Of a stretch of DNA of 64,000 bases, positions 23,186-43,320 are shown in pieces (the first letter of the stretch is position 1; each line of letters starts with the position of its first letter). The stretch is from the human T2T-CHM13v2.0 reference genome, Homo sapiens, in assembly GCF_009914755.1 (NCBI RefSeq), contig NC_060934.1. One strand, written 5' to 3'. Made by a program: the position numbers and the translations under genes. The notes under the pieces are model-generated. The model was not told where the DNA came from, made no database searches, and was given only the letters and a program-made list of their open reading frames with translations.

Positions 23186-23781
23186 ACCTCATTCCTTTTG
23201 AACTGGGTGGCTGTTTGGGATCTGGTAGGCACCAAGGCTGTGCCATTCCTTCCGCAGCACAGATGGGGACAGGAAGCTGCTGGAGGCTGGAGGCTGACCC
23301 TCCAGGCTTCATACTTGCCTGTCCCTCCAGCTAGAGGCAAGTTATCCTTGCTGCCATCTCCAGGATGCCTGAAGGCAGTGCTCTGACATGCAGTTGTGAA
23401 GCACTTCTGAGTCAAGGCTGGGAAGAGGGAGAAAGGGAAGTAGCTTTAGGAAGGACCTACCATGAGCCAAGAACATAATGGGTGCCTTATATAACATCTC
23501 TTATCCTCCCATTTCCACGAAGTAGCAAATACCCCCATTTAACAGTCATGGAAACAGGCTCACAGGGGTAGGTTGATGTGGCCTGGCACTTGAATGCGCA
23601 CTGACCGAAACAAGATTCAAACTCAGGTCTGTGCCACCATGCCACCATGCTGCTTCAAGGATTTCCCAGCAGACAAGCTTTTTCCCAACCATCTGAATAC
23701 TTCATCCAAACTTCATCCGAGTTTTGAAATATTTACATCTTGAGCTAATGCAGGAAAGAAAGACTAAAGAATAGGCCAGGA

Positions 23782-24402
<621 letters not shown>

Positions 24403-25141
24403 TTACAAATCTGAATTATGTCACTTCTCTCTTCCCAGGCTATAATGAAGTTAGCTAGTTACCTTTAGGTATAATCAGCTTATTATGCCGAGGTCACTCT
24501 CCCATTCCCTGGAGACCATCCCTCTGTCCGCAGGATGTGAGAAGGATATGTCAGAGGGCCTCCCAGCCCCTCCTCCCTCTCGTGGCCCTGTGCCAGAGGT
24601 GTGGACACCTGACCTGACTCCAAACTCTGGATACTAAAGCCTCTGCCTTTTGCAATCTTGTCCTGTACTCTGTTCTGTCTCCTTTTGTGTCTCCCAGGCA
24701 GTTAGCATGACTCGTTCTAATTTTTGGGTGAGCTCAGGCTGTGATGTCAGAGGTGAGCTCTATCTCTTATTAGTTGTCCAGTCTTAGGCAATTTATGAAA
24801 CCTCTTTGCCTCTTAGCTTCCTCACTTAGTAAATGGGGATAATATTAGTACCTACCTCACTGGGCTGTTGAAAGAGCTTCATGAGATGAGGCGTGCCTGG
24901 CAATTTCATCAGTGCAATTCAGCCCTCAGCAGTATATGTTTGTTGGGAGGATTTCATAAGATATACATAAAATGCTGGGCTCAACGCCTGACCCACAGTC
25001 ATAGTTAGTGCTCATAAATGTGAACTCCCTCCTGCCCCATTCCACTCTGGGTCTCCCTGCACCTAAGGAATGATAATCTCACCAGCCTTGGCTAATCCTT
25101 CTTTCTCATTGGTGTCTACTGTTCTTTCTTGAATTCTTTCT

Positions 25142-25147
25142 TGTGTG

Positions 25148-25178
<31 letters not shown>

Positions 25179-25362
25179 GAGACGGAGTTTCACTCTTGTC
25201 ACCCAGGCTGGAGTGCAATGGAGTGATCTCAGCTTACTGCCACTATGGAGGCTGAGGCAGGAGGCTCACTTGAGCCCAGGAGTTTGAGGTTGCAGTGAGC
25301 TATGATTATGCCACTGCACTCCAGCAAGACCCTGTCTCAAAAAAAAAAAAAAAGAGAAAGAA
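25142..25362. mobile_element. Two oppositely oriented Alu 3' fragments joined directly
   Basis: (GT)n/T tail plus antisense Alu to about 25240, then a sense Alu right arm from about 25247 to the A tail. Confidence 0.8.
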
Positions 25363-25364
25363 AA

Positions 25365-26490
<1,126 letters not shown>

Positions 26491-27509
26491 GTGGGTCACG
26501 TACTGCTCTCCCATTGGTGGTATACTTATTCAGGGTGTCTGTCTGTCCCACTAGGCTGTAAGCTTTTCAGGAAAGAATTCCAGGCTCTTCATCTCTATAA
26601 TCCCATGAAAGGCACATGATACGTAGTCATTTGGTGGAATGAATAAATGCTGATGGCTAGCTGCTATAACAAATACACCTCAGCATTTCAGCAGTTTCAT
26701 ATAATGAAAATCTATTTGTTATTCATATACAAATCTATTTCTTCCTCACATAATTGTGCACTGTGGCTACTCTGGGGCAGAGGGAGACGCTCCACCATAC
26801 GGTGACTCAAGGACCCAGGCTCCTTCCACCCCGTGGCTCGGCCATCTGCTCTGCACTGAGCTCGCAGGTGAGGGAGGAGAGGCAGGAGAAGGTTTCCTGC
26901 TTCCTGCATACCTTCATCTAGAAGTAACAGTCAGCGCTCCCACTCACCTCCTTGGGAGTAACAGGACCTGACCTATAAGCAGAGGATGCTGGGAAATGTA
27001 GTCCCTAGCCAGGCAGCTGCTGCGTAGCAACAACTCTATATCATGGTAGGGGGCACAGGACTTTTTGGTGGACAGTTAATCGTCGCTTTCAAGGGAGGCA
27101 CAAGGTTTTATTACTGAAGTTTTCATTGCCTTGCTCTGTGAACTCTTTTAGTGCCAGTGTTTGATGAATGGTTGTTTTCATGGCTGCCAAGAGCTGTTGA
27201 GTAAGAATGTAACTGCAGACAGTCATTTCCTTGCTGTGTTTGTCCAACAACCACTGTCTCACAGCTGGAAAACTCATTACTCATGAGTACTTCTTTCCCA
27301 GGTACAAGAACATAAAGATGTATTTATTGAACACTTTTTAGGGCAATGACACTGAACTGTTAATCCAAAAATATACACTGGTCAAACGATAAGCTTAAAT
27401 ACTAGAGAAAATCCAAATATTAAGGAGACTTTAAAGATACATACCAGTCAAATATTTCTTTCATTTGTCTATTCATTTTTTCTTTCTTTTTTTGTTTTGT
27501 TGCATCTAT

Positions 27510-30245
<2,736 letters not shown>

Positions 30246-30414
30246 TAAACAAGCATTCATTGAGTACCTACTATGCCACAGCTCTATACTTGGTAGAAAC
30301 TGAGGCTGCCAAAATGTTAAATCTGTTTCCCTGCTCTTAGAACTTAGGAAACAATGGAGAAACAGTCATGTTCAAGAGATAGAGTGAAATGCAAGGTGAT
30401 AGGTGCCTAATAGA

Positions 30415-30751
30415 GATGGAATCAATGGTAGATTGGATAAAGAAAATGTGGTACAGGCCGGATGCTGTGGCTCACGCTTGTAATCCTAACACTTTGGGAG
30501 GCCCAGGCAGGTGGATAGTCTGAGCCCAGGCGTTCGAGACCAGCCTGAGAAACATGGTGAAATCCCGGCTCTACAAAAAAAATACAAGTATTAGCTGGGC
30601 TTGTTGACGCGTGCCTGTAATCCCAGCTACCTGGGAGACTGAGGTGGGAGGATCCCCTGAGCCCAAGGAGGTGAAGGCTGCAGTGAACCATGATGGTGCC
30701 ACTGTACTCCAGCCTGGGTGACAGAGTGAGACCCTGTCTCAAAAAAAAAAA

Positions 30752-30783
<32 letters not shown>

Positions 30784-31170
30784 TATGGTACATATATACC
30801 AAGGCCGTAAAAAGAACGAGATCATAGCCTTTGCGGCAACATGGATGGAGCTGGAGGCCATTATCCTAAGTGAGCTAACACAGGAGCAGAAAACCAAACA
30901 CTGCATGTTCTTATAGATGGGAGCTAAATACTGAATACCCACGGACACAAAGAAGGGAACAGACACCAGGGAGACACCAGGGCCTACTGGAGGATGGAAA
31001 GTTGAAGGAGGCTAAGGATTGAAAAACTACCTATAAATACACAGATACTATGCCTGTTAACTGGATGACAAAATAATATGGACACTGAATCCCCATGACA
31101 TGGAATTTATCTATGGAACCAACCTGCACATGTACCCCTAAAACAAAAATAAAAGTTAAAAAAAAAAAAA
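30415..31170 (+). mobile_element. L1P/L1M 3' end interrupted by an Alu (about 30456-30777)
   Basis: gattggataaagaaaatgtggtac...catggatggagctggaggccattatcctaag; Alu TSD aagaaaatRtggtaca. Confidence 0.8.
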
Positions 31171-31184
31171 GAGAGAGAGATGGA

Positions 31185-31955
<771 letters not shown>

Positions 31956-32662
31956 GCTAGAAGCATGAAAATATCTGGCATAGTGTGGAAATGGCGAGAA
32001 ATGCATTGAGGCTGGCACGAGAGGTTAAAGCCAGAAACTTGGAGTTGAAAGAGATGCTTCTGAAATGCCATGTTTCTCCATAAGAGTGGGCAAGGGAGCC
32101 ATCTGGTGGAGGAAGCATGCTTAGACATTCCCTTCTCTCTTCCCTGATTTCTCCAGCCTGTTCTCCTCAGCATTTCCACCTAGTATTTCTCCAAGGGCCA
32201 CAGTGAGGTTTATGAGTCAAGTATGTGGGCCATAAACACACTTGCTTATTGAAGCAAATACTAACCTCTGCAAAATGTCAAGGTAAGATATTATCTTCAG
32301 TGATTATTTAATTTTCTCCCTTAGTCTCTTCTACCTGTCTGCTACCGAGGGGAAAACATCAGCAGCACCAGGAGTTGAGGCAGAATGCTGCAGGAGGGAA
32401 AGAAGGAACTAGAACTTGATTATGGAAAAATCAGAATTAGACTCGAGAGAGCACAGTCAAGCTGGTCCGTCTCTTAATTATAAGGGGAGGCCTTTATTCA
32501 TCGCTACAGGCCACGACTATTGTCCCTTTCTGGTTTTTAAAGCCTTCTTGTATCCTCCAATGTTCCCTCCAGATAATGTCTAGAAATTCTTGAATAATAT
32601 CTCTCAATTCTATAGCTGCTGGAAGAGAAAACAAATACTATTACTCTCCACTGTCAGACTGA

Positions 32663-33362
<700 letters not shown>

Positions 33363-33644
33363 GGTACTTAGGTTATTAAAGAAAAAAATTTATTTTTCTT
33401 AAGAAGGGTGGGGACTCCTTAGCTTAAATACTACATTGTTGAACACAAAACTTTCCCCATCCTCTCACTTAGATTAAGTCTGCCTCTTCTCTCTGCTCCT
33501 ACGGTTACAGTAGAATCCCCTGCTTTATATCATGGCTCAGTCAAGTCAGCGTCTTCTGTTGAACTAAGAGTTCATAGAGGGTAGAATTTCTGTCCAGTTC
33601 ATTCTTGCTGGTTTCACAGTCATTGTTTTAAGAAATGATTCATG

Positions 33645-34205
<561 letters not shown>

Positions 34206-34548
34206 GAAATGGGCATTGTTCTGGGGCTTTTGTTGAAAGAGATGTGAATTCTGTGCTCCAAGAGGAAACTGACACGCATGCGCTCATTCAAGGAACATTT
34301 GTTGGTACCTCCTTTGTGCTAGATGCTGGACACAGAAATTATAGGCAGTTCCCTCAGGACTCTCACTGTCTAGAGAGAGGAGGAGGCACCAAGTGCTGGG
34401 GTGGGGCAGGCCCACGGAGCCAAGTCAGAAGGGCACGTAATCCAGACAGTGGCTGCTGATGGGGAAGGTGTCAGAGAAGTCTTTCTTCAGGGGTGAGATC
34501 TGAGCTGAATTTTGGAGGAAGAATAAGAGCTGGCCAACTAAAGAATAT

Positions 34549-34847
<299 letters not shown>

Positions 34848-37079
34848 GGTGAGAGTAGTCTGTAGAAAGGTACAGTAATGGGAGAAGGTGTGACATATCC
34901 GAGAACTGCCAGAGTTGAATACACCAGGCTTTGGTTTTATCCTGGAGGTCACAGGGGGCCACTGAAACTATCCACCAAGAGAGTGGTCTGAGAAAGGTAC
35001 AGAGGGGTGGACAGGGTGGGGGATGGGAGTGGGTGGGGAGTGGCGATGGCCTATCCTGGAATTCAGACCTGAGGCCAGGTTAGGAAACGAAGAAGAGGGG
35101 CCTTCAGAGGCTATCTGCATGACAGACCCAGGAGCTTTTGGGGAAAAGACCCATCCTAAGGGAGGAGAGGCAGAGTCCAGCAGATGGGCCTGGACCACCA
35201 CAAAGCTCAGTCCATTTCTCTAAGGGGTGGTGAGTGGATTTCTGTATATGGCTTAGTGATATGTGTGGGAATTGGATCTTTCTACATTTTGGCCTTTCGT
35301 GGATTCTTGTCTGATTTTTGGGCTAGGGGTGGTGGTGGTAGGGCTTTGAGTAAAAATAAAAATCACAATGATTGCTAACGATTTTTGAACACTTATAACA
35401 TGTCAGGAATTTACATACTTTAGCTCATTTAATTCTCATCACAGCCCCACACTGAGGGTACCACTATGGTTATCCCCATTTTACAGCTGGAAAAACCAAC
35501 CAAGCAATTCATCTGAGGAGAAGCCCTCCTACCTTACTTATGTTGGGACTGGCGCATGCCGGGTAATTGACAAAGTCAACTAAAGCAGGGAGCTTTGAGA
35601 AAAATACCTACACAGGGTAAGCATTTACTTTTGGGACAATCGTCAATTTATACATAGTTATAAGAACTAACACAGGGTGATCCCACAGACTACCCCCCAA
35701 TGGTAACATCTTGCAACCCTTCTTAACAGAATGCCTACTATGTGCCAGGTACTGCTTTAGGTGCTGGAGACATAGACACGGGAAACGAAACATTAGCTGA
35801 CAGAAGCCACAAGAGTGAATGAGATCCTCACGGAGTGCCTTGAGTCAGAAGAAAGAAGGGTAGCAAAAGGAGCCCCAGCATTTGAGGGGTAGGAAGAAAA
35901 GCCCTAAGGAGACCTTGAAGGTCGGAAAGAGAGGAGAGGGTGGTGTCATGGAAGCTAAGGTGGACAATGGTGCCAAGAAGGAAAGAGATTCCAGTGCTTC
36001 TGAGGTCATCTGCAAGGAGGACTGGGAAGTGTCCATTGGATTTAGCAGCCAGGATGTCACAGGTGAGCAGGCAGGTAGCCCAGAAATATGGAGGGGAGCA
36101 GGACCACAGTGCAGTGAGGAGTGAATTGGGCGAGGAAGCAGCGGTAGAGAGCACTTCACAGTGAGTCTTCCAACTCATGTAGGAAAGAGGGGGTAAAGTT
36201 AGGCTAAAGGAGAAATTTTCCATGAATTTTGTCTCTAGAATGATGATTAAGAGTTAGCGAGAGTCAAGATTTCAGGCCTGTTAGAGCAAAGCCCTAAGGA
36301 AATAAGAGTTGGACCCTGGAGCACAGCTAAGTCCTGGCTGGAGGGATGGGCCTGTCTTTCTGAAAGGAGATAATGGAGGAAGAGATGCAGTTAAAGCTCT
36401 GTGGCTACTTGAAGAGGGAAGTGATTACTTCCAGCTGGGGCACTCAAGGAAGGGATACAGACATTTGAGTGCCAGGGGCATTTGAGGGTAACAGTGGAGG
36501 GGTTCAGTTGGCCAAAGTTAAAGGCAGCTGAAAGATGGCAGGAGACAAGACCAGGAAATGCAGACCAAGGTGGGTGGTGGTATGGTTGGGGCGTTGGGGT
36601 CAGATGACACATAAGCTTCAAATTCCAGCTCCCATTTGCTTCTTAGCTGTGACTCTAAAGAAGTTCCTTAACACGTCTGAGATTCCCCATCTGTAAAATG
36701 GCGACAACCCTAATAGGGTCGTTGGAGGAGAACTAGATAATGTCTAAAAAGAGCTCAGTTCGGTTCAGTGCTTGGCTCCTCTGTACCTGAGCGCTAAGTC
36801 ACTAATATAAAGCCATCGGATGTGTGCTTTAAGGGAAATTAACTGGGCCACACGGTGTGAAGTGAACTGAGCTGGGAGAGGCCTGCACAGGACCTTGTAC
36901 ACACTAGCTACTCCGGAAACAACTGCATGCTCTGCTGGGCATCTCATACAGGATACGGTGTCTTTCCGGGGCTCACACACAGTCCCCAGTTCAGTTCCAA
37001 AGTTGGAAGGAAAGAGGATGAAGACGTAAATTCTTCATTTAAGCCTCTCGCCAACTGTTCCCTGCGGCAAGGCAGGGCA

Positions 37080-37870
37080 ACGAGCTGCAGGGTCGCCAAG
37101 CACGTGCTTCCAAGGGTCCTCAAGGCTTTGTGAACGGCGGCCGGCCAAGGACAGAATTAACTCCAGCCTGGAGCGCGCGGGAAAGACGCGCAGGCGCACT
37201 GCTGGCAAGGGTGCTTGCCTGTGCTGGGGTGGGCGGAGCTAAACCCGGAGCGGGATGACGTCATGAGGACGCAGCCGCAGAGCGATTCGCGTCCCGGAAG
37301 CGGCGGTGGCGGCCGCGGCGTAGGCGGAGGAGATTTTCGGACCTGCGACTTCCGAACAACCCTGGCAGGAGGAGCGGCGTTCAGCCGGGGGAGGCCTGAA
37401 GAAACGCTCCGGGGCCCAGTGGCTCTACCCCTGCTCCTGCCCGACCCTGCCGCCTCCCTCACGGAGCCAGCGGCCGGGTAGGTGAGGTGCCGTCCCCCCG
37501 CGTCCCAGTGTCTCCGCAGGCTGTGTGTAGTTGGGTGCTTGGGCGCAGCGGGGGCCGCCACATGCTGGCCCCACGACCTCGGGCATGGCCTTCCCTGTCC
37601 AGCCTCACGGGCTCCATCAGGCGCCCCTGGCTGCAGAGGTGTTGGCCAAGGCCAGTGCGGGCGTCGATATACCTCGCCCCTTCCTGGGCTCATACCTGGC
37701 GCCGCTCTGTGCCCTTTCGCCTTGGCTCGGCCTGCGGGGATTTCGGGGTCCCGTTGGCCCCTTTGTCCCATCCCCTCACCCTCCCATCAGGTCGCGGCTG
37801 ATTGCCTGGGACTGGTTTATGTTGCTCTTCGCCGAGGTTCCGCCCCCTCGTTTGCTGCTTAGAGTTCAGG
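37080..37870. promoter_or_regulatory. ZFYVE27: ZFYVE27 CpG-island promoter with E-box (37101-37106), NRF1 (37188-37198), GC box (about 37226-37238), full CRE ATGACGTCAT (37255-37264) and ETS CCGGAAG (37294-37300)
   Basis: Motifs read directly from the sequence; CpG-rich. Confidence 0.85.
37290..37481 (+). other. ZFYVE27: ZFYVE27 exon 1 (5' UTR; start approximate)
   Basis: Ends at overlapping donors CGG|GTAG|gtgagg within the CpG island. Confidence 0.75.
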
Positions 37871-38160
37871 ATAGGACTTTGAACTGGGAAAGACCGTAAA
37901 GGCTCCTCGGTTTCCTCATCAGAAAGGGCAGACGGGAATGGGGCGTTCTGATGCCGACTGCCCTGGGGCAGAGATGGCCCAGGAAGTTGTTGGGAACCGA
38001 AGGGAGTGGGAAGAGTTAGAGGATCGGGCGAGAGTCCTGGAGCACGGTATTTCATTCACTCATTCAGCAGGCATTTGTTAAGCACCCACTGTGTACAGAA
38101 GCAGTCGTGAATGGAGGCCAGTTAAGAGCAGGGAGTTTTACTTTGACGTGGTCAGTGCTC

Positions 38161-38195
38161 TGCACTTGATCTTAGCCACAAGGCCAAGAAGCGAT
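38161..38195 (-). pseudogene. 3'-truncated U2 snRNA retrofragment (U2 nt 1-35)
   Basis: Reverse complement atcgcttcttggccttgtggctaagatcaagtgca vs U2 atcgcttctcggccttttggctaagatcaagtgta (32/35); degenerate flanking direct repeats at 38145-38160 and 38198-38213. Confidence 0.88.
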
Positions 38196-38633
38196 GGGAT
38201 GTGATAAGTGCTCTGTTAGGGTGAGTACGTGATCCTTTGGGAGCATCGGAGAGGGTCTCCCAGTCCAGAGTTGGGGGTGTTGGCAGAGACTTCCCAGAGT
38301 AAGGGAGTGATGTTTAAGCTGATACCTGAAGGATGAGTAGGAATTAACCAGGTAAAGAGTGGGAGAAAAATGTTCCAGGACATCATTTCATTTCAGCCCA
38401 TGGGCTGCCTCGCTGCAGCGATCATTTATGCTTGGTTTTTATGATTTTTAGTTTTGATGGATCTTTGGGGAAAAGAGCATTGGATGGAGAGTACAAAGAA
38501 CAGGATTTTAGGTCTGAATAGTTCACTTTCCCTTGCTCACAGGTTTACTGTTGGCACCACCTGAATCTGTAGGTAGAATTGTGTTGAGGACTAGACGTGC
38601 AATGCAAATGTTGGGAATTATTATGGTTACAGA

Positions 38634-38830
38634 ATGCAGACATCAGAACGTGAGGGGAGTGGGCCGGAGCTGAGCCCCAGCGTGATGCCCGAGGCTCCCC
38701 TGGAGTCTCCACCTTTTCCTACCAAGTCCCCAGCGTTTGACCTTTTCAACTTGGTTCTCTCCTACAAGAGGCTGGAGATCTACCTGGAACCCTTGAAGGA
38801 TGCAGGTGATGGTGTTCGATACTTGCTCAG
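38634..38830 (+). CDS. ZFYVE27: Protrudin coding exon 2 (MQTSEREG...GVRYLLR; Rab11-binding region)
   Basis: tacag|A ATG start; donor CAG|gtacag. Confidence 0.96.
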
Positions 38831-39256
38831 GTACAGACTTTGTGGAGTTGCTCTGGTCTGCTCTGCCTTCTGCCGTCCTGCTCTGTAGTAACTAACACTG
38901 ACCATTTAGGCAGTGGCTGGGCTGTCCTTTCTGCCCTAGTGAGGAGCAGTTCTGGGAGGTCTGTTCGGCCTCTGGGTTTATCTAGGCCTACCCTGTGTCT
39001 CAGGCCCAGCCCAGGAGAGGCAGATACTGGGAATGATCCTGCCTTTCAGCAAGGTTCTTCTTTGTGACTGAATAAGCTCCTTCCTCTGGACTGCTGGACA
39101 ACCTTGAACATCACGCCTTCTACAGCTTAGAGCAGGCTTAATTTTTTCCTTTGCCCCCAATATTAGCATAATTAATATTAAAAAATTAGGGTATAATTTT
39201 GAACAAAAATTAAAGAAATACAAAAACCTGTGAATAAGCAGATACCATTTTCACTA

Positions 39257-39596
<340 letters not shown>

Positions 39597-41303
39597 TAAT
39601 TTTCATTTTTTCTTTTGACTCATTTTATTATGTTAAAATTATTTTAAATTACTTATATGGCATTCTACTCCCTAAATATGTCAGTTTTTATCTCTAAATA
39701 AGGACATTTCTTTCAAGATCAAAGTAACACCATACCTAACAAAATTAATAACTCCTTGATGTCATCCTATACTCAGTTCATATTCCATTTCCTCAGTTGT
39801 ACCATCTCTTTTGGCTAAATCACATTTCAGTCCAGGAGTGTGCATTGTTTGTACTTATTATGTCTTTTAAGTCTTTTTTCAGTCTAAGACAATCTCTCTC
39901 GTGACATTGATTTGCTGAAGAGACTGAGCCTGAACTGACTTTCCTGGAGAATTTACTACCGAGATTTGTCTGGTTTCTTCCTTGTGGTGCAGACTAGAAG
40001 TTAGATTTAAAGGTTGGATTTGATTGAAGTTAGAAAAGTGTTTTTTTTTTTTTTTTGCAAAGGTAAATGTTGTGCCCCTGGTGTTGCATTGCATCAGGAG
40101 TCACACAAAAACCTGATTGTCCTAAAGAGCAGAGGTTTTTAACTTGGAGCCTATGGGTGAGTTTTAGGGATCAGTGAATCCCCTGAAACTGCATGTAAAA
40201 TTATGTGTCTGCACATGTGTATATTTCTAGGGAAAAGCTTCTGGTTTTCATCAGATTCTCATAAAGACCCTCAGTCCTCTGAAATACATGAGAGAGACTG
40301 GTAGGAAGCAGGGTGAGTGGAGTTACGTTAACCTCTGAGGATGCCATTGAGTATTTATCCATGCCTCAGTCTGGAAATAGTGGATGTTTTGTTACTAGTT
40401 CTCTGGCAAAGGCCCTACATTTTTCTTGTTCACCTAATTTATGTCTGTATCCGTAGAGGTGAGCTAGTCAGTGTTCCAGAGCTGTGTTCTCTACTGTAAG
40501 ATCACTGTGCTCTTCCCACAAGGGGTAGGGAGACAGTATGAGGAGAGGCTGTTTTCTCCTTTTATAATCTCAGCATGATGTGAAGTTTGGTCTTCTTTAG
40601 GAGAGAGGCTGTGCCCCCGGCACATTCTTTGTATGTGTGTGTTGCTCTTTGTGGCAAAGTACGAAAGTTAAGTGTATCCTGTCCTGCCCGTCTCCTTTTC
40701 CTCTACTAGTCCGTAGTGCGTCTTAGCACACTAATGTGTTAGGGTTTTTCCATTTTATGGAATTAAAAATTGGAGGATGTGGTAGGATTGGTTAAAGCAG
40801 GATGCAGGAGGAGCATTGGACTTAAAAGCCCCCAGGAGCCTGCAGTTTCTGTGCTGCTGGGAGAGGGAGCACTGGTCCGTGAAAGTGGCTGTCACGTTAG
40901 TTTGTGCTTTTGATTGTTCTTTTCTTAGTAAAGAGGATTTGACTTTGAAGAGGGACCTAATCTTGGGCTCTGGCTATTAGGTCTGAAGCCTAGAGCTGCA
41001 GTAAATTGTTAACAGACTCTCTCCTGGGATCAGCTACTCTACTGCTTGGGTCTCCTGGGACCAAAGTGTCAGTAAAGACATTTTATAGAAGGGAAGAGGC
41101 TTTAAAATGAAAGTGACTTGAGTGGTGGTGTTTTTATTTCCAAAATGGGATTGGCTTTTATTTCGCTTTTACCCTGGTAGCTGCCACTAGAGGTTCTGAG
41201 GCGTAATTAGGGTGGTACAGGTGGAGTGTGTTGAATTTCAGGAGAAAGACACAGATGTCATTTCATTCCCTTACTCATAAATTTCATTAAAAAGTAAAAG
41301 CCC

Positions 41304-41924
41304 CTTTACACTGTTGGTGGCAGTGTACATTAGTTCAACCATTGTGGAAGACAATGTGGCGATTCCTCAAGGATCTGGAAGCAGAAATACCATTTTACCC
41401 AGCAATCCCATTACTGGGTATATATCCAAAAGATTATAAATCATTCTGCTGTAAAGACACATGCACATGTATGTTTGTTGCAGCACTATTCACAATAGCA
41501 AAGACTTGGAACCAACCTAAATGTCCATCAATGATAGACTGGATAAAGAAAACGTGGCACATATACACCATGGAATACTATGTGCAGCCATGAAAAAGGA
41601 TGAGTTCATGTCCTTTGCAGGGACATGGATGAAGCTGGAAACCATCATTCTCGGCAAACTAACACAGGAACAGAAAACCAAACACCACATGTTCTCACTC
41701 ATAAGTGGGAGTTGAACAGTGAGAACACATGGACACAGGGAGGGGAACATCACACACCATGGCCTATTGAGGGGTGGGGGCTAGAGGAAGAATAGCATTA
41801 GGAGAAATACCTGAGGTAGATGATGGGTTGATGGGTGCAGCAAACCACCATGGCACGTGTATACCTACGTAACAAACCTGCACGTTCTGCACATGTATCC
41901 CAGAACTTTAAGTATAATAATAAA
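41304..41924 (+). mobile_element. 5'-truncated L1PA 3' end with TSD, sense to ZFYVE27
   Basis: ORF2 C-terminal remnant (WRFLKDLEAEIPFYPAIPLLGIYPK); TSD aaaaagtaaaagccc at 41289-41303 and 41925-41939. Confidence 0.93.
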
Positions 41925-41964
41925 AAAAAGTAAAAGCCCTGCATGAATTAGTTAACCTCATTCA

Positions 41965-42369
<405 letters not shown>

Positions 42370-43249
42370 CTAGTGGCTCACCTATATATTGACACTGCCT
42401 TTAGAATTTGGGTGTCGTGGCTTCATTGTTGCATCTGTGCTCCTCTTTCCCTACTAAATGTCCTTTATCAGGGACGGAGCCAGCAGCATTTGCTTGTTCT
42501 CAGCAATCTGAGTCTCTGGTCTTCCTTGTTCCCTGTTTGGGGGCTTCTGCATTGCCATTTGGTGGTGGTGGTGGTGGTGGCAGTGATGTATCTGTGTTTG
42601 CTTCTGTCTGTTCCAGCTCACTTAAGGTGTGATTGCTAAGTGAATGCTGCACCCTACTTTCATCTTGATTTTTAATATATTAAAATAAAATCTTTACTAT
42701 TGTTTCTCTTTTTGAATTAATAGGTATTCAAAATAAACTCTCAGATAAACTCTCAAATTTTCAAAAACATGGACATAAGAAGATAAAGGCACAAATGGGG
42801 CCAAAGAAGTCCACAATTTGTTTTTTCTGGATTTCTGTATTAGTTGAATCTTGTGCAATGATTATATATTCTTATGAAATTATAAAAAAAGAATAGAGGA
42901 AAATATTAAGAACATTTGTCAGTGTCACCTCTTAAGGAGAATACAACCTTACAAAACACAGGTTAAATGGTATTAACTGGGTTTCTTAACTGATATTTTA
43001 TAAATTCTTCTTCCTTTTGGGAGAAAGCACTACAGACCTACCAGTTTCCTCACCCCAGGTGCTAATGTGTGACATCTTACCGCCTCTCCTGGTCACCAGT
43101 CCAAGTGAGAGGCCCCCTTTTCGTTTCTCCTTGACCTTCTGTGTTCCAGGCCTCCTCTTCTGGTTTGATGTCCCGTCTGTGCTGCCTGGTCTCCCCTCCC
43201 CAGCTGGAGGAGTGACTCTCTGTAGTGATCAGGACTCTCTGTATTGTAG

Positions 43250-43320
43250 GTGGCAGATGCCTTTGTGTTCCTTGCTGACCTGCCTGGGCCTCAACGTCTT
43301 GTTCCTCACTTTGAATGAGG
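43250..43320 (+). CDS. ZFYVE27: Protrudin exon 3 (WQMPLCSLLTCLGLNVLFLTLNE; hydrophobic segment)
   Basis: tgtag|...GAGG|gtaag, 71 nt, frame continuous. Confidence 0.95.

Noticed and set aside
37157-37899. Several 100-200 aa ORFs in the ZFYVE27 CpG island
   Set aside because: GC-rich chance ORFs; only the frame ending at the exon-1 donor was kept as a finding
41342-41753. ORFs resembling reverse-transcriptase-element protein
   Set aside because: Frameshifted L1 ORF2 remnant in a truncated L1PA
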